DNA of 64,000 nucleotides from a virus (Duplodnaviria; Heunggongvirae; Uroviricota; Caudoviricetes): IMG/VR virus record IMGVR_UViG_3300037067_007156, positions 1 to 64,000 of that record; one strand, 5' to 3'. Shown piece by piece: positions 1 to 8,518 of this stretch (position 1 is its first letter; each line of letters starts with the position of its first letter). The notes under the pieces were generated by a model. It saw only the letters and a program-made list of their open reading frames with translations, ran no database searches and was not told where the DNA came from. The position numbers and the translations under genes were made by a program.

Positions 1-62
1 CATATTTTTATTTTTATTTTACAGTATATATAAATATTCAAATAATAAATTAAAATAAAAAA

Positions 63-2390
63 TTATTCATTTTTTCGAATATTGATATATTTATTTATAA
101 TTTCAACCATATTTTTTTTAATAATAGGTTTTTTTATAACATCAAAACATCCTACTTCATAACATTTCTTTATCTCATCATTCATAGCGTATGCTGTTTG
201 TGCAATTATTGGTATTTCTTTATTTATTTTTTTAATTTTTCGAGTGGCTTCATAACCATTCATATCTGGCATTTGAATATCCATCAATATAACATCAATA
301 ATATTTTTGTGCTGTTTATATAATTTAATTGCTTCAATACCATTTTTTGCCCTTATTAAATCAACATTCGTATCGTCAAGATATTTTTCAATTAATTGAT
401 AATTTAAATCCACATCTTCAGCTATTAATATAGTTTTTTTCTCCCAGTTGTATATAACTTTTTGTGAATTTTCTTCTGAATTTAAAAAATCTATATTTGA
501 TTGTATATATGGAATAGTAAAATAAAACGTTGTTCCTTTACATATTTCAGATTCAGCCCATATTTTCCCACCGAACAATTTTACAATACCATCTGAAATA
601 GATAATCCCAGACCAGCCCCACCATATTTTTTAGTAGTAGAGTTATCAGCTTGACGAAATCTTTCCCATATTACTTTTATTTGTTCTTTCGTTAAACCAA
701 TACCCGTATCTTTAACAAAAAATTGAATAAAAGCACCATCTAAATAATAACCAAATTCTATTTCACCTTCATGTGTAAATTTGATAGCATTGTTTAATAA
801 ATTAATAACAATTTGTTTTAATCGTAGTTCATCGGCAAATATATTATCACATTTAATGTCATTGGTTTTAAAACTAAAATTCACATGATTGGCTAACAAA
901 TTAGGATTTCTTTTATATAAAACATATAAATCTGTCATCATTTTTTTTAAAGAAAAGTTTTCTGCTTTTAATTTTATTTGTCCGGCTTCTATCTTGGCAA
1001 TGTCTATAATGTCATCTATTAATTTTAATAAATCATTTCCAGCATTTTGAATAATATTTAAATAATTTTCTCTGATATTTTTTTCAATATAATCTTCATT
1101 TAATAAATCAGAAAATCCGATGATTGAATTCATAGGAGTTCTAATTTCATGTGACATATTAGCTAAAAAAGCTGATTTTAGTCTATCAGATTCTTCGGCT
1201 TGGTCTTTAGCTTTAATAAGTTTTTTTTCAATTTTCTTTAATCGTGTTATATCAGTAAAAGATGATACCATCCCGATAATCTTATTATGGTCATTTTCAT
1301 ATGGTTTAGCTGTAACCAGACATTTTAAATTTTTACTTTTATCGATTTTAGTATTAATTTCAAAACTCGATTTTTTAGTGCCAGCCATTATTCGTTTTAT
1401 GGGACATGTTTTACAAGTATTTGAACTTAAAACTTTTTGACAAGAATCCCCTAAGACTACATCTCTATCAACTTTAAACAAAGAACAAAATGAATCATTA
1501 ACTAATATTAATTTACATTCTTTATTTACCACACAGAGTGGTGATGAAGCATTTAATACTTGGTCTAATTCCTTATGAATTTTATTTATTTTTTTATTAT
1601 TTTCTATCGATTCGGTTACATCATTGAAAACTGATATGAAAAATTTTTTAGATTGTGCATAGATAAACACTTCTATCCATTTATTAGAATTTTGGATATA
1701 TTCAACAATACTTTTTGTCTTTTTTTCTTTAACAACTTCCAAATATAAATTTAACCAGTTTTTAAAAAAATTCGGATATATATCAGATGCTAACTTACCA
1801 ATAATATCAGTAGATTTTAAACCAGTTGCTTTTTCAAAGGCTGTATTAATTTCTATAAATCTATAATCACACGCTTCACCATTTTTATTAAATACTATTT
1901 CGTGTAAAGCAAATGCACTGGTCATAGTAGTAAACAAATCTTTATATTTCTTTTCACTTAGTGATAAACCATATTCTAACATTTTCTTTTCTGAACGCAA
2001 AGAATCTTCAGCCTTTTTTAATCTAATTGCAATATTTATTCTGGAAACTAATTCAAATGTATCAAAAGGACGAGTTATATATGAGTCTGCACCAACTTTT
2101 AATACTTGTTCTTTTAAATCTGAAATTTCACCATAAGCAGTAATCATGATAACTATAATATTTTCTGTTTTTTTATCACTACGTATTTTTTTACAAATAT
2201 CAATTCCTGATTCATTATTTAAAATAATGTCCAATAACATAACATCAATATTGTTGTTATCTAAAATTTCAAAAGTTGTTTTTTCATTCATTGATTCAAA
2301 AAAATTAACTTCGAAATTCAATGTTTTTAATCGTTCTTTTAAATCTTTTCTATTAGAGCTAATATCATCAACTATTAAAATGTTTATCAT
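63..2390 (-). CDS. Hybrid sensor histidine kinase (REC-PAS-PAS-HisKA-HATPase-REC)
   Basis: N-terminal receiver ILIVDD..LLDI; H-box FLANMSHEIRTPMNSI; N/G boxes NLLNNAIKFT, DTGIGL, GAGLGLSI; C-terminal receiver ILIAED..LMDIQMP..KP. Confidence 0.95.
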   Translation of the reverse strand: MINILIVDDISSNRKDLKERLKTLNFEVNFFESMNEKTTFEILDNNNIDVMLLDIILNNESGIDICKKIRSDKKTENIIVIMITAYGEISDLKEQVLKVGADSYITRPFDTFELVSRINIAIRLKKAEDSLRSEKKMLEYGLSLSEKKYKDLFTTMTSAFALHEIVFNKNGEACDYRFIEINTAFEKATGLKSTDIIGKLASDIYPNFFKNWLNLYLEVVKEKKTKSIVEYIQNSNKWIEVFIYAQSKKFFISVFNDVTESIENNKKINKIHKELDQVLNASSPLCVVNKECKLILVNDSFCSLFKVDRDVVLGDSCQKVLSSNTCKTCPIKRIMAGTKKSSFEINTKIDKSKNLKCLVTAKPYENDHNKIIGMVSSFTDITRLKKIEKKLIKAKDQAEESDRLKSAFLANMSHEIRTPMNSIIGFSDLLNEDYIEKNIRENYLNIIQNAGNDLLKLIDDIIDIAKIEAGQIKLKAENFSLKKMMTDLYVLYKRNPNLLANHVNFSFKTNDIKCDNIFADELRLKQIVINLLNNAIKFTHEGEIEFGYYLDGAFIQFFVKDTGIGLTKEQIKVIWERFRQADNSTTKKYGGAGLGLSISDGIVKLFGGKIWAESEICKGTTFYFTIPYIQSNIDFLNSEENSQKVIYNWEKKTILIAEDVDLNYQLIEKYLDDTNVDLIRAKNGIEAIKLYKQHKNIIDVILMDIQMPDMNGYEATRKIKKINKEIPIIAQTAYAMNDEIKKCYEVGCFDVIKKPIIKKNMVEIINKYINIRKNE

Positions 2391-2423
2391 ATAATTAGAA
2401 GTTTTTTACAATATATTATATAT

Positions 2424-2453
2424 AAAAAAACCAACTCGGTAAAGTTGGTTTTT
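2424..2453 (-). terminator. Rho-independent terminator after guaC
   Basis: AAAAACCAACT-cggtaa-AGTTGGTTTTT hairpin flanked by A/T tracts. Confidence 0.7.
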
Positions 2454-2494
2454 AGAGCAATTTTTTTACTCTTATCTTTGATATAATTATCATA

Positions 2495-3445
2495 TTATTT
2501 TACGTACCAATCTACTAATTTCAAATCTTCCAGTTGGTTTCCACCACCATAAGAAATAGAACTCTGTAAACATTCTTCCAGATATTCTAAATATTCAATT
2601 AAGGAAGTATCTTTCAACGTGTTTAATTTAACTGTACCCTCAATCCTGTTTTTCTTATTACTTTGTTTAGCTGAAGCAGACCCATAGAATTCTTTATATC
2701 TTATACCATTTTGTTCTACTGTCCGACCCGGTGAATCGGAGTGAGATGACAACATACCACCTACCATACATATAGTAGCACCTAATACCATAGATTTAGC
2801 TATATCGGCTGGAACTTTTATACCACCATCAGCTATAATAGGTACAATACTACTAATAGAACAGGTGTTTATAGTAGAAGCTTGTGAGTCACGAGAACCA
2901 AAACCCGTAGTTGGGGCGGTTGTACATGCCGAACCAGATGAAATTCCACATTTAACTGCATCAGCACCCCATTTTTCCAAGTCCATAACACCTTCGGCAG
3001 TTGAAACATTTCCAGCTATAATAAAAGAATCTTTAAAATTTTCTTTTAAATATTTCAACATTTCTTTCATCTTTATAGCGTGTCCATGTGCTATATCTAC
3101 TGTAATGAAGTCTGGTATAAGGTTTTTTTCCAATAGTTTTTCCAATGTTGGATGTGAATCTCCATTTACACCAATTGATATTGAAGAATATAAACCCAAT
3201 TTCTTCATATATTCCACAAATGCTACATTATCAACACCAAAACGGTGCATAATATAGAAATAACCCTTAGATGCCAATTTGACGCATAATTCTTCGTTTA
3301 TAACGGATTCCATGTTAGCTGGCACAACTGGTATATTAAAAGTAAAACGTCCTAATTTGACCCCTGTATTGCATTCTGAACGTGAATTAACAATACACTT
3401 CTTTGGTATCAAATTTATATCTTCAAAATCAAAATGTTTTTTCAT
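2495..3445 (-). CDS. guaC: GMP reductase
   Basis: IMPDH/GMPR motifs PANM, DIAHGH, GNV, SGSACTT, IIADGGI, FYGSAS, LQSSISYGGG. Confidence 0.92.
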   Translation of the reverse strand: MKKHFDFEDINLIPKKCIVNSRSECNTGVKLGRFTFNIPVVPANMESVINEELCVKLASKGYFYIMHRFGVDNVAFVEYMKKLGLYSSISIGVNGDSHPTLEKLLEKNLIPDFITVDIAHGHAIKMKEMLKYLKENFKDSFIIAGNVSTAEGVMDLEKWGADAVKCGISSGSACTTAPTTGFGSRDSQASTINTCSISSIVPIIADGGIKVPADIAKSMVLGATICMVGGMLSSHSDSPGRTVEQNGIRYKEFYGSASAKQSNKKNRIEGTVKLNTLKDTSLIEYLEYLEECLQSSISYGGGNQLEDLKLVDWYVK

Positions 3446-3545
3446 TAAAAATACGTTGTTTTTATTCTTATATTAAATAATAAATATAATGTTTTCAATT
3501 TAAAACATTTTTATATAATATAAAATATATAATCTTTTCTTTATA

Positions 3546-3725
3546 TTATTCTTCGGGAACGACCAACCATAAAATTAAATATGTTAATCCAAAACCAACG
3601 CAGGTGAAGATAGAACCAAAAGCAAAGATTAGACGAACTATTGTAACATCAATATTAAAATAATCAGCTAATCCTGAACACACACCTGCTATATAATTAT
3701 CGTTTTTTCTTACTAATTTTTTCAT
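3546..3725 (-). CDS. pspC: PspC-domain small membrane protein (59 aa, missing from the ORF track)
   Basis: Manual translation MKKLVRKNDNYIAGVCSGLADYFNIDVTIVRLIFAFGSIFTCVGFGLTYLILWLVVPEE, with the PspC IAGVCxGLAxYF...Y..LW..P signature. Confidence 0.9.
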   Translation of the reverse strand: MKKLVRKNDNYIAGVCSGLADYFNIDVTIVRLIFAFGSIFTCVGFGLTYLILWLVVPEE

Positions 3726-3778
3726 AATATTATTTATTTTTTAAATTACTAATAATCAAAGTTTCATTTAATTTATCA

Positions 3779-4171
3779 CTAATTTTCATAATAATTTTTA
3801 ATTTCTTTTATATATTCTTCATTAATTGATGTATTAGATTTTGTATGATATTTATTGTTATGTAAAAAACATTTTACATCTTTAATTTCATTTTTATAAT
3901 TAGTTGTGACGGAATATTGATTATCTGGGTTGTATCTATCGTAAAATAATTTACAATCTTCATTTTTTAAATCAAAAGATGGATTTCTTTGAATCCATTC
4001 AAATAATTTAGACCTTTCTTCTTGTGTTAATACATGATAATATTTGTCACACACATCAAACCAAAACGTCATTCTCGCTATCGGTCTGGGTGGGATACAA
4101 GCTTCGACTAAGAAAGAAAATTCGAAAAAATCTATATTAAACCGATTTAATATGTTATTATTTTGTTTCAT
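3779..4171 (-). CDS. Hypothetical phage protein
   Basis: 130-aa ORF co-oriented with its neighbours. Confidence 0.7.
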   Translation of the reverse strand: MKQNNNILNRFNIDFFEFSFLVEACIPPRPIARMTFWFDVCDKYYHVLTQEERSKLFEWIQRNPSFDLKNEDCKLFYDRYNPDNQYSVTTNYKNEIKDVKCFLHNNKYHTKSNTSINEEYIKEIKNYYEN

Positions 4172-4210
4172 ATGTTTTAAATAATTTTTATAATTATTAT
4201 ATATTTTTAT

Positions 4211-4644
4211 TTATGGTCTACCCTCAATTTTAACAATTTACTTTCACCTTGTAAATCCATAAGTTGGTATTCATTTCGAGTTGTGTCTACCTTCAATTTG
4301 AATGTTCACTCACATAGTAAAAGTAAACTCCCATTTACGGCCAAGTTGTGTCCACCCTTAATTTGAAATGTTCACTCACCTACGACCGGATGTTTGTAAA
4401 CGCAACGAAGGTTGTGTCCACCCTTAATTTGAAATGTTCACTCACCTACGACCGGATGTTTGTAAACGCAACGAAGGTTGTGTCCACCCTTAATTTGAAA
4501 TGTTCACTCACCAAGAAAGGATGCTACCTATGTAACAATAAAGTTGTGTCCACCCTTAATTTGAAATGTTCACTCACCTATCCCAGCATAAGCCCCCAAG
4601 CATATGAAGTTGTGTCCACCCTTAATTTGAAATGTTCACTCACC
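4211..4644 (-). CRISPR. CRISPR-like mini-array 1 (5 perfect and 2 degenerate 36-nt repeats, 30-nt spacers)
   Basis: GTTGTGTCCACCCTTAATTTGAAATGTTCACTCACC at 4345, 4411, 4477, 4543 and 4609; degenerate copies at 4280-4314 and ~4211-4248; spacers 30 nt (outermost ~31); spacers 4381-4410 and 4447-4476 are identical. Strand is that of the fused ORF; transcription direction is not established. Confidence 0.9.
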
Positions 4645-4910
4645 ATATCCATTACTAATTCATTAACTTTCAATTCGTTAAGATGATATTTCGATAATAA
4701 AATTTGATAGATTTTTTCATCACTATAATATAAAGTATGATTTTTTTCATCGTAATTAAAATAAACTATATCATCTTTCTTACCAATCAACCAATTTTTA
4801 TATTCCTTAGAAGCAAACCACTCAATATTTTTAACAATTTGCCATAAAAAATATTTAGGGCTTCGTGCTTCCTGTATTTTTTGAATTAGTATGTCAATAT
4901 TTTCTTCCAT
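4578..4910 (-). CDS. Array-fused orphan protein, copy 1
   Basis: 110 aa; ends MVSEHFKLRVDTT (repeat) plus SYAWGLMLG* (spacer); paralogs at 22316-22634 and 44055-44453. Confidence 0.85.
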   Translation of the reverse strand: MEENIDILIQKIQEARSPKYFLWQIVKNIEWFASKEYKNWLIGKKDDIVYFNYDEKNHTLYYSDEKIYQILLSKYHLNELKVNELVMDMVSEHFKLRVDTTSYAWGLMLG

Positions 4911-4950
4911 GACTGACTACCTATTAAAATTATAAAAAATTTCATTTTAT

Positions 4951-6036
4951 TTAAAACATTTTAAAATTATGGTTTTCTTCTATTTCTTGTAATAAGTGAA
5001 TGTAGTACTTTATTGCTAATTCAATATCAGATATTGCAACCATTTCATTAGGTGTGTGCATATATCTTAATGGAAAGGCTACTGTACCAGATACGACCCC
5101 ACCATTTGAAATATAATAGCTATATGTGTTCGTTCCACCAGCCCGATGAATATCTATTTGATGTTTTATTTCGTTTTTCTTAGCAACGTTTTTCATTAGA
5201 TTTAACAAACCATGATGCACATCTGAACCTTGATTGAATACTAAACCATCACCAATTTTAAATGTACCATATTTTGATTTATCAATCAAAGGTGTTGATG
5301 TATCAAAACACACATCAAAACAAATAGCTATATCTGGTTTAATTGTATCTGTTATCATTGCTGCACCACGAAGTCCAATTTCTTCCTGAACTGAATTAAC
5401 AATGTATAAATCATATGGTAATTTAATGTTTTGTTCAGATAATTCTTTTAAAATATTTAAAAGAATAAATCCTCCAACTTTATCGTCAAGTGATTTTCCA
5501 ATGACATATTTATCATTTAAAATTTCTGGTTCTCTATCAACAACGATGAAATTACCTATTTCTACACCAAGTTCTTCTACATCTTTTTTATTGGTAACAC
5601 CTAAATCGATAAATAAATTATCTTCAGTAGGTTTATCTGGATTATCTTTTTTCTTTAAATGAATAGGTATCCACCCAAAAAATCCATTTACTTTTTTAAT
5701 CTTTCCACCATCATATCTTTGGTTAGTTAATATTTTTATTTTTTGTCCAATAGTTATGTCATTATCTGTACCGCCATTTCTAACTACACTAATATATCCA
5801 TCATCATTTATTGATTTAACAATCCAGCCTATCTCATCACAATGAGCGTCAATAACTACTTTTTTGGGTTTGTTTTCACATGTTCCACGTACAATAGCTG
5901 CAACATTACCATAATTATCTGTTATTACTTCATTTGTATATTTCATTACTTCCATCTTCCACAATTTTTGCGCTTCAATCTCATATGTGGATGGAGAATC
6001 TGTTTTGAGATAATCTAATAATAAATTTAAATCCAT
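4951..6036 (-). CDS. M42 family metallopeptidase (TET/FrvX-like)
   Basis: DAHCDEIG, KSLDDKVG, VQEEIGLRGA, PDIAICFDV, PLRYMHTPNE. Confidence 0.93.
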   Translation of the reverse strand: MDLNLLLDYLKTDSPSTYEIEAQKLWKMEVMKYTNEVITDNYGNVAAIVRGTCENKPKKVVIDAHCDEIGWIVKSINDDGYISVVRNGGTDNDITIGQKIKILTNQRYDGGKIKKVNGFFGWIPIHLKKKDNPDKPTEDNLFIDLGVTNKKDVEELGVEIGNFIVVDREPEILNDKYVIGKSLDDKVGGFILLNILKELSEQNIKLPYDLYIVNSVQEEIGLRGAAMITDTIKPDIAICFDVCFDTSTPLIDKSKYGTFKIGDGLVFNQGSDVHHGLLNLMKNVAKKNEIKHQIDIHRAGGTNTYSYYISNGGVVSGTVAFPLRYMHTPNEMVAISDIELAIKYYIHLLQEIEENHNFKMF

Positions 6037-6048
6037 TATTTAATAATT

Positions 6049-6579
6049 TTATTTTTTAGTTATATACTTAGGTGGTACATTATCAGTCAACCACACACCA
6101 TTATCAGATATGAAAAAATCATATCCATCTTTAACCATAGCTAAACAATTTATTTGTAGTATTATTGGTTCACCGTGTCGTATCCCGACTTTATATGCAG
6201 TTTCTTCATCTATTGAAAGATGAACATATTGTCGATTCATTTTATCTAAACCTATTTTTTGAATAGATTCCCAGAATCTTGATGATGTACCATGATATAA
6301 TATTGCAGGTGGTGTTTTTTTTGTGAATTTAATAACAACATTAGTGCTATGGCCTTGATTCGCTTTTATCATAGTCCTATTTGAGTTAAAAGAATATCTT
6401 TGTTTATCATCTGTTTTAACAATTTCTTCTAATTCGAGTAATGAAATATCAGTATTATTTATAAGGTCATATACTGATACCCAACCATCTTTGTCTAATT
6501 TTAAATTAGCTTGTTCCGGTTTATGCCTTAGAATGTAAGCGAGAAATTTACTTTTATTATTTATTGATTTGTCTGTCAT
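6049..6579 (-). CDS. kptA: RNA 2'-phosphotransferase (Tpt1/KptA)
   Basis: SKFLAYILRHKP, DDKQRY, IKANQGHS, LYHGT, RQYVHLS, NGVWL. Confidence 0.95.
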   Translation of the reverse strand: MTDKSINNKSKFLAYILRHKPEQANLKLDKDGWVSVYDLINNTDISLLELEEIVKTDDKQRYSFNSNRTMIKANQGHSTNVVIKFTKKTPPAILYHGTSSRFWESIQKIGLDKMNRQYVHLSIDEETAYKVGIRHGEPIILQINCLAMVKDGYDFFISDNGVWLTDNVPPKYITKK

Positions 6580-6631
6580 TATTTAAAAATATATTATTAT
6601 ATATCACAAAAATAACATTTTGTTTTAAAAT

Positions 6632-6695
6632 AAAAAAACTCACTTTAAAATAAAGTGAGGAAAAAACCTCACTTTAAAATAAAGTGAGGAAAAAA
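6632..6695 (-). terminator. Tandemly duplicated terminator hairpin
   Basis: CTCACTTT-aaaat-AAAGTGAG present twice, each beside an A-run (U-tract on minus strand). Confidence 0.75.
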
Positions 6696-6730
6696 GCGGG
6701 TTTCTCTAACCCATATTTGTATGTGCATTT

Positions 6731-7534
6731 TTAATCAGCCTCAGTTACAGGAACTACTTTAAGAGATGATTTAACATCTGGTTTAATTTCACCTTTTGTT
6801 TCAATTGGTGTGATTGAAGTAGTCCAAGTTTGGAATTGTTCATTAAGTCTATCCCGAATGATAACGATAGAATTATATATTTGATTAGCTTCACCTATTT
6901 TATTTAAAACAGTCGAGAAAATCCTGAATTCATTATTAACACCAACAGCTTGATATTTATTTATTAGATGATATAACAATATAATATTAGCAATTGTGAG
7001 TTCCGTTACAATATCTTCATTTTTTTTGGAAGCTTTATAAATATTATCATATTTATTAAGACCATCTTCAAATAATCTCAAATATTGAAAAACTTCATCT
7101 GAACCATATTTTGTTTTACGATTCAATGTTTTGAAAATAAAATCATATTCATCATAAGTGAATGTGACTTTATATTTCATTTCATTTAAATGAAGTGAAA
7201 ATGAATTGTAAAGAAAATTGGCTATTTTATAAAGCTTATCCCTACCACCACCAACTTCATCTGTTAAAACTTTCAATTCTTCTTTGTCAGAAGAATAACG
7301 TCTAATTAAATTTACCAAATTTTCTCTTTTAGCAAAAAAATCATCGAGGACAATTTTATCAAGATATTTTTCACCATTAGCCTTAACAAAAGTTTCAGCT
7401 TCTAAATTTTTTAATTGACTTCTCTCGAATTCTAATCCATTAATGAAATCGAAATTCTTATCAATGTCAAATGATTCCGTTGACGCAAAATCAAATTTTT
7501 CTAATTGTTCTATTTTTTCTTTAAATTCACTCAT
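6731..7534 (-). CDS. Hypothetical protein
   Basis: 267-aa ORF. Confidence 0.75.
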   Translation of the reverse strand: MSEFKEKIEQLEKFDFASTESFDIDKNFDFINGLEFERSQLKNLEAETFVKANGEKYLDKIVLDDFFAKRENLVNLIRRYSSDKEELKVLTDEVGGGRDKLYKIANFLYNSFSLHLNEMKYKVTFTYDEYDFIFKTLNRKTKYGSDEVFQYLRLFEDGLNKYDNIYKASKKNEDIVTELTIANIILLYHLINKYQAVGVNNEFRIFSTVLNKIGEANQIYNSIVIIRDRLNEQFQTWTTSITPIETKGEIKPDVKSSLKVVPVTEAD

Positions 7535-7558
7535 TTTTTATATTTTTATTTTTATTTT

Positions 7559-7972
7559 TTATTGTTCTTCTTTCTTTGTTTGTAAAGAACGCTGAGATTC
7601 CAAAGCTCTTTCTACATTTTCATAACCATGTTTAGTCACCAGACCAGCCGAAACCTGAATAGATGGTTTAGAAAACTTAATAGCACCTGTGTTATGGTTA
7701 ACAGTTATTTTATCGAGTTCTCTTTCAACAAGAATGATTTTAATATCATCTGGTAGTGCATCAAAATACTCTGTATTAACAATAACCAAAATTTCAGATT
7801 TTAATAAAAAAGAAAATGGGTCAGCAATTTTAACAATTTTAATTAATTCTTTTTGTTTGGATGAAGTTAAGTATTGATATTTGATTTCAATAGGTAAGTT
7901 GAGATTAGATTCAATTCCTTCAATGAAATCTATAATCTCTTTGTCTAATTCTTTAAATTTTCCAGTATCCAT
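7559..7972 (-). CDS. Putative phage metallopeptidase-like protein with degenerate HExxH
   Basis: Size and layout IVIVN.EYFD.L....K.IL.ERELDKI resemble phage metallopeptidase-like proteins, but the His ligands are absent. Confidence 0.4.
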   Translation of the reverse strand: MDTGKFKELDKEIIDFIEGIESNLNLPIEIKYQYLTSSKQKELIKIVKIADPFSFLLKSEILVIVNTEYFDALPDDIKIILVERELDKITVNHNTGAIKFSKPSIQVSAGLVTKHGYENVERALESQRSLQTKKEEQ

Positions 7973-8015
7973 ATAAAATGTTTTTTATGCTTATATAAGC
8001 ATTAAATTGAAAAGT

Positions 8016-8462
8016 TTAGAAAATTATAAATAAAATTGATAAAATAATTACTATAAATATAAATGAAGAAAAAATTATGATTCTTTTTTTGATTCTTTTT
8101 AATAGGTCAAAATGTTTATAACTAATTACTATCTTAACATTATAATCATCAATAACCACAGTTTCTATAAGGGCTGATAACTCTAATAATCCCATTAACA
8201 TGAAAGTTTTATCAATACTTGCTAAATCTTTTTTAACTAACTCATTTAAATACTTACTCCCATATTGATAAATGTTTGCATGTTCATCTGCGGGTACGTT
8301 ATAAACTTTCCACAATCTATTAATCCAATCAATCCTAAGATTGTGTTTATTTAAAAAAACATCTTCATTAGATTTTATTATTTTTTTATATTGTCGATAT
8401 AACTCTCTCTTTTTAGATGCTTTAATTCCTTTACTTGCTTTTGAGTATACTAAATTATTCAT
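8016..8462 (-). CDS. Hypothetical protein with C-terminal TM helix
   Basis: Ends with hydrophobic IIIFSSFIFIVIILSILFIIF. Confidence 0.7.
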   Translation of the reverse strand: MNNLVYSKASKGIKASKKRELYRQYKKIIKSNEDVFLNKHNLRIDWINRLWKVYNVPADEHANIYQYGSKYLNELVKKDLASIDKTFMLMGLLELSALIETVVIDDYNVKIVISYKHFDLLKRIKKRIIIFSSFIFIVIILSILFIIF

Positions 8463-8518
8463 ATTAAAAATAGGTTTTTATATTTATATTTAAAAAATAA
8501 TAAATTGTTTTAAAATTT

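Noticed and set aside
4211-4644. Diversity-generating retroelement as the source of variable C-termini
   Set aside because: The inserts are unrelated sequences rather than adenine-specific variants of a template, and no reverse transcriptase is in the window.
4348-4686. 112-aa plus-strand ORF with VVSTLNLKCSLT repeats
   Set aside because: By-product of the 66-nt array period, antisense to the conserved array-fused gene.
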